Origin: Catajapyx aquilonaris
Lineage: Eukaryota
DNA: 64,000 bases
Direction of reading: 5' to 3'
Assembly (NCBI GenBank): GCA_000934665.2
Contig: KZ538036.1
Coordinates: 1-64,000, forward strand
The notes beneath the pieces are model-generated. The model was given only the letters and a program-made list of their open reading frames with translations, ran no database searches and had not been told where the DNA came from. The position numbers were made by a program, and so were the translations under genes. This document shows, in pieces, positions 61,651 to 64,000 of the stretch (the first letter of the stretch is position 1; each line of letters begins with the position of its first letter).

Positions 61651-63822
61651 TCACGTGGTCCCCGGCCGATCCTCGGAGGGCGTTTCATCCTCACTTTTTT
61701 TAACACTTCCAGTGGATTTGGAAGAACCTGTCCTCAATAGCTTAATATTACTGGAATCTTGGAGTTTAGGGGCAGAAGCACTGGAACTGAGCCCCTTCTT
61801 TATCTGCGAGGCGAATTGACGGAAGGTTCTCTTTGGACGTTGGGAAGGAGATCCCATTGAAGGAGATCTTGAAGTGAGCTCCTCCTTCTCAATGCTGGGG
61901 ATACTGTCAGTGTCAGGGCCTCTGTATGGACGCTCCCGAGGCTCAGATAGAGTTGGACTGTTCTCAAGGCTGGGATGGTCCGCTCCCTGAAATATGCGAA
62001 CGATTTGTGTTTCACATTGCAATATGTCAGCAAAAAGCAAAATTTTATAATGAGTGAATGCCTACCTGCATGTCTGATGCAAATATTTGGAAAACAGTCG
62101 GTCGAGGAGGTTCCCCCTTGACTGACACAATGGTAGTCAGATTCTCGTCCAGTTCAGGTATAACGTCAGTAAGTACAGCAGGTCTTGCAGACAGATTCCC
62201 ACTACTTGGGATGTGCTCGATGCCTTTGGTATCTTCCGCTAGGCTACGCTCTCTGGTGAAGACCCTTCGGATAATAGAAGCAATGGACCCAGAGGCAGCC
62301 CTGTTCAACTGGCCAGTACTGCTGGCCAAGGTTGACCTACTGGCATTTGACCTAAGGCTTGGTCGGCGGGAGTGGCGGCTGCTGAGGCGGCTCAGTCGGC
62401 TTAGGCTGCGCTTTATGGGTGAGTCAGATGGGCTGCCCTGCATTGCACACATTTATTATTATTGTGTGTGTACAGTATTTGGCCAGTATGTCATCAGTAT
62501 TATAGTCACATATTCACTGCACTTACTGTATGTCACATTGCGATACACAGGAACAAAGTTATGATTTCCCCAAAGTCCTTTCAACATGAACCCTCACTCA
62601 ATCAGTTCAACATTTTTAAAAAAAGCCAAGAAAAGAAATGGTTAGTAAAAGCCACCACCTCTGGTTAGTACAACTTACAAGACAGCTTACAGGGGAGTCA
62701 AAGACGTCGTCTTTGTCAGGGGCTAGGAGGGCTTCCTCTTCTGGCACCGCAATCCTCGCAGTGGATGCCTCTGGAGGCTCCTCTCTGTACTGCTCGGCTG
62801 CCAGTGTGTAAGGAAGCTCCACTGGAAGAACCTCATCCCAATACTGATCCTTTATCAGCTCAGGATGCTCATGATGCATTTCGTCCACTATTAAGTACGA
62901 CACCTGAGAATTTTTTTAAAATGAAAAAAGTGGGTTATATTGCATGAAGGCAATCAGTAGGATTTATCAGAAGGGAAAATCACTTGAATCCCAAATTGTT
63001 TACATAATATGATGCATTTTCAACCAGTAACAAATGCACTGGATTTCTGAAGTGATTTTACCTTTCCTATAACTGCACTATGATCAAGTGTAATGTATGT
63101 TGTCTGATCTTCATCACTTCCAATAATTATTGCACAGATATTACACAATATGGCTTTATTAATAATTGTCCAGAATGCACTGAATTTATCTGTGCTACAA
63201 TTTCACTGCCATTTGGTGACATCTTATTATTCCATAGTTATTAAAGGCTTTCATATCTCAGTGTTACAATTCATAATAGTACATTATTGAGATTGATATT
63301 ATCTAATATACTGCACTGTCATACATGATCCTACATGCTATGTTTTTTTGACAACATTATTACTGCACTTGTGTTGAGTGTTTATTACATTCTACATGAT
63401 AAACCACTAACTATATTAACTAAAATAAACCACACACAGTTACTTCCTGGGACATGTTGGTGTGAATCAGAGGAATCGCTCGACTGCACTTGCACACACT
63501 TTTAGTCAATGGAGAATAAAGCGACAACGTCTGTATATGTACTCACAGTGAGGTTGCGGTCTGTAAGCCAGTTGAGTTCAAAATCATCATCGTCATCTCC
63601 GAAGGGATTCAACAGGGACTCGGCTACTTTTAACCAGCCCATATAAAAAAAGAACTGCAGTAGCAGGGGGGGAAGCGCTTTAATATGGGGGAACACTAAT
63701 CAGGTGGGACTCACCTTCAGGTTTCTATCCACCAACCAGCTGATCTCAAAATCATCATCGTCCTCACCGAAAGGGTTAATCAGCGTCTCAGCTACCTTCA
63801 GCCAACCCATATAGAAAAAGAA
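61651..63822 (-). CDS. Best1: Bestrophin Ca2+-activated chloride channel, 3' part (5' exons lie outside the window)
   Basis: Exons 63822-63715 (A) or 63654-63547 (B), then 62903-62691, 62437-62066, 61986-61651; motifs [17 protein letters not shown][ED]DDDDFE and [30 protein letters not shown]. Confidence 0.93.
63547..63654 (-). CDS. Best1: Bestrophin Ca2+-clasp exon, variant B (tandem duplicate)
   Basis: [36 protein letters not shown]; 108 nt; acceptor ctactgcag, donor ACT|GTGAGT. Confidence 0.88.
63715..63822 (-). CDS. Best1: Bestrophin Ca2+-clasp exon, variant A
   Basis: [36 protein letters not shown]; 108 nt; acceptor ctcttgtag, donor AAG|GTGAGT. Confidence 0.9.
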
Positions 63823-64000
63823 CTACAAGAGAGGAAACAAAGGTGCTGTAGAGAAAGAGACAGTTGAGAATAACAGACATGCTGTTGTGATGACACCAAG
63901 CCCAAGAGACAGGAATGTCCTTTAAAAATCAGACAACTTTACGTGCAATCTTTTTTGGCACTCAATCTTGCACATATTCATATTAACATTATTAACTGTC

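Overview
Eukaryotic genomic DNA from an invertebrate, probably an arthropod (inferred from the Best1-like sequence and the ~60-nt minimal introns). About 50 kb is one minus-strand cGMP-inhibited phosphodiesterase gene (PDE3). I rebuilt 14 phase-consistent coding exons (53167 to 3361, ~1182 aa) with a 31.7-kb first intron. Head-to-head with it, across an assembly gap and a tRNA-derived SINE, lie BUD31/G10 (144 aa) and two intact tandem arylsulfatase B-like paralogues (546 aa each, identical exon sizes). The 3' part of a bestrophin gene converges on them from the right edge. The strongest unusual signal is a tandem-duplicated 108-nt bestrophin exon covering the end of TM4 and the Ca2+ clasp. Both copies are intact and look like a mutually exclusive exon pair. 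PDE3 introns also hold paired perfect CRE sites next to a candidate alternative first exon, candidate 6-nt and 30-nt microexons, a SINE with a perfect 19-bp TSD, and several hairpins and MITE-like repeats. All splicing calls come from sequence alone and need RNA evidence.
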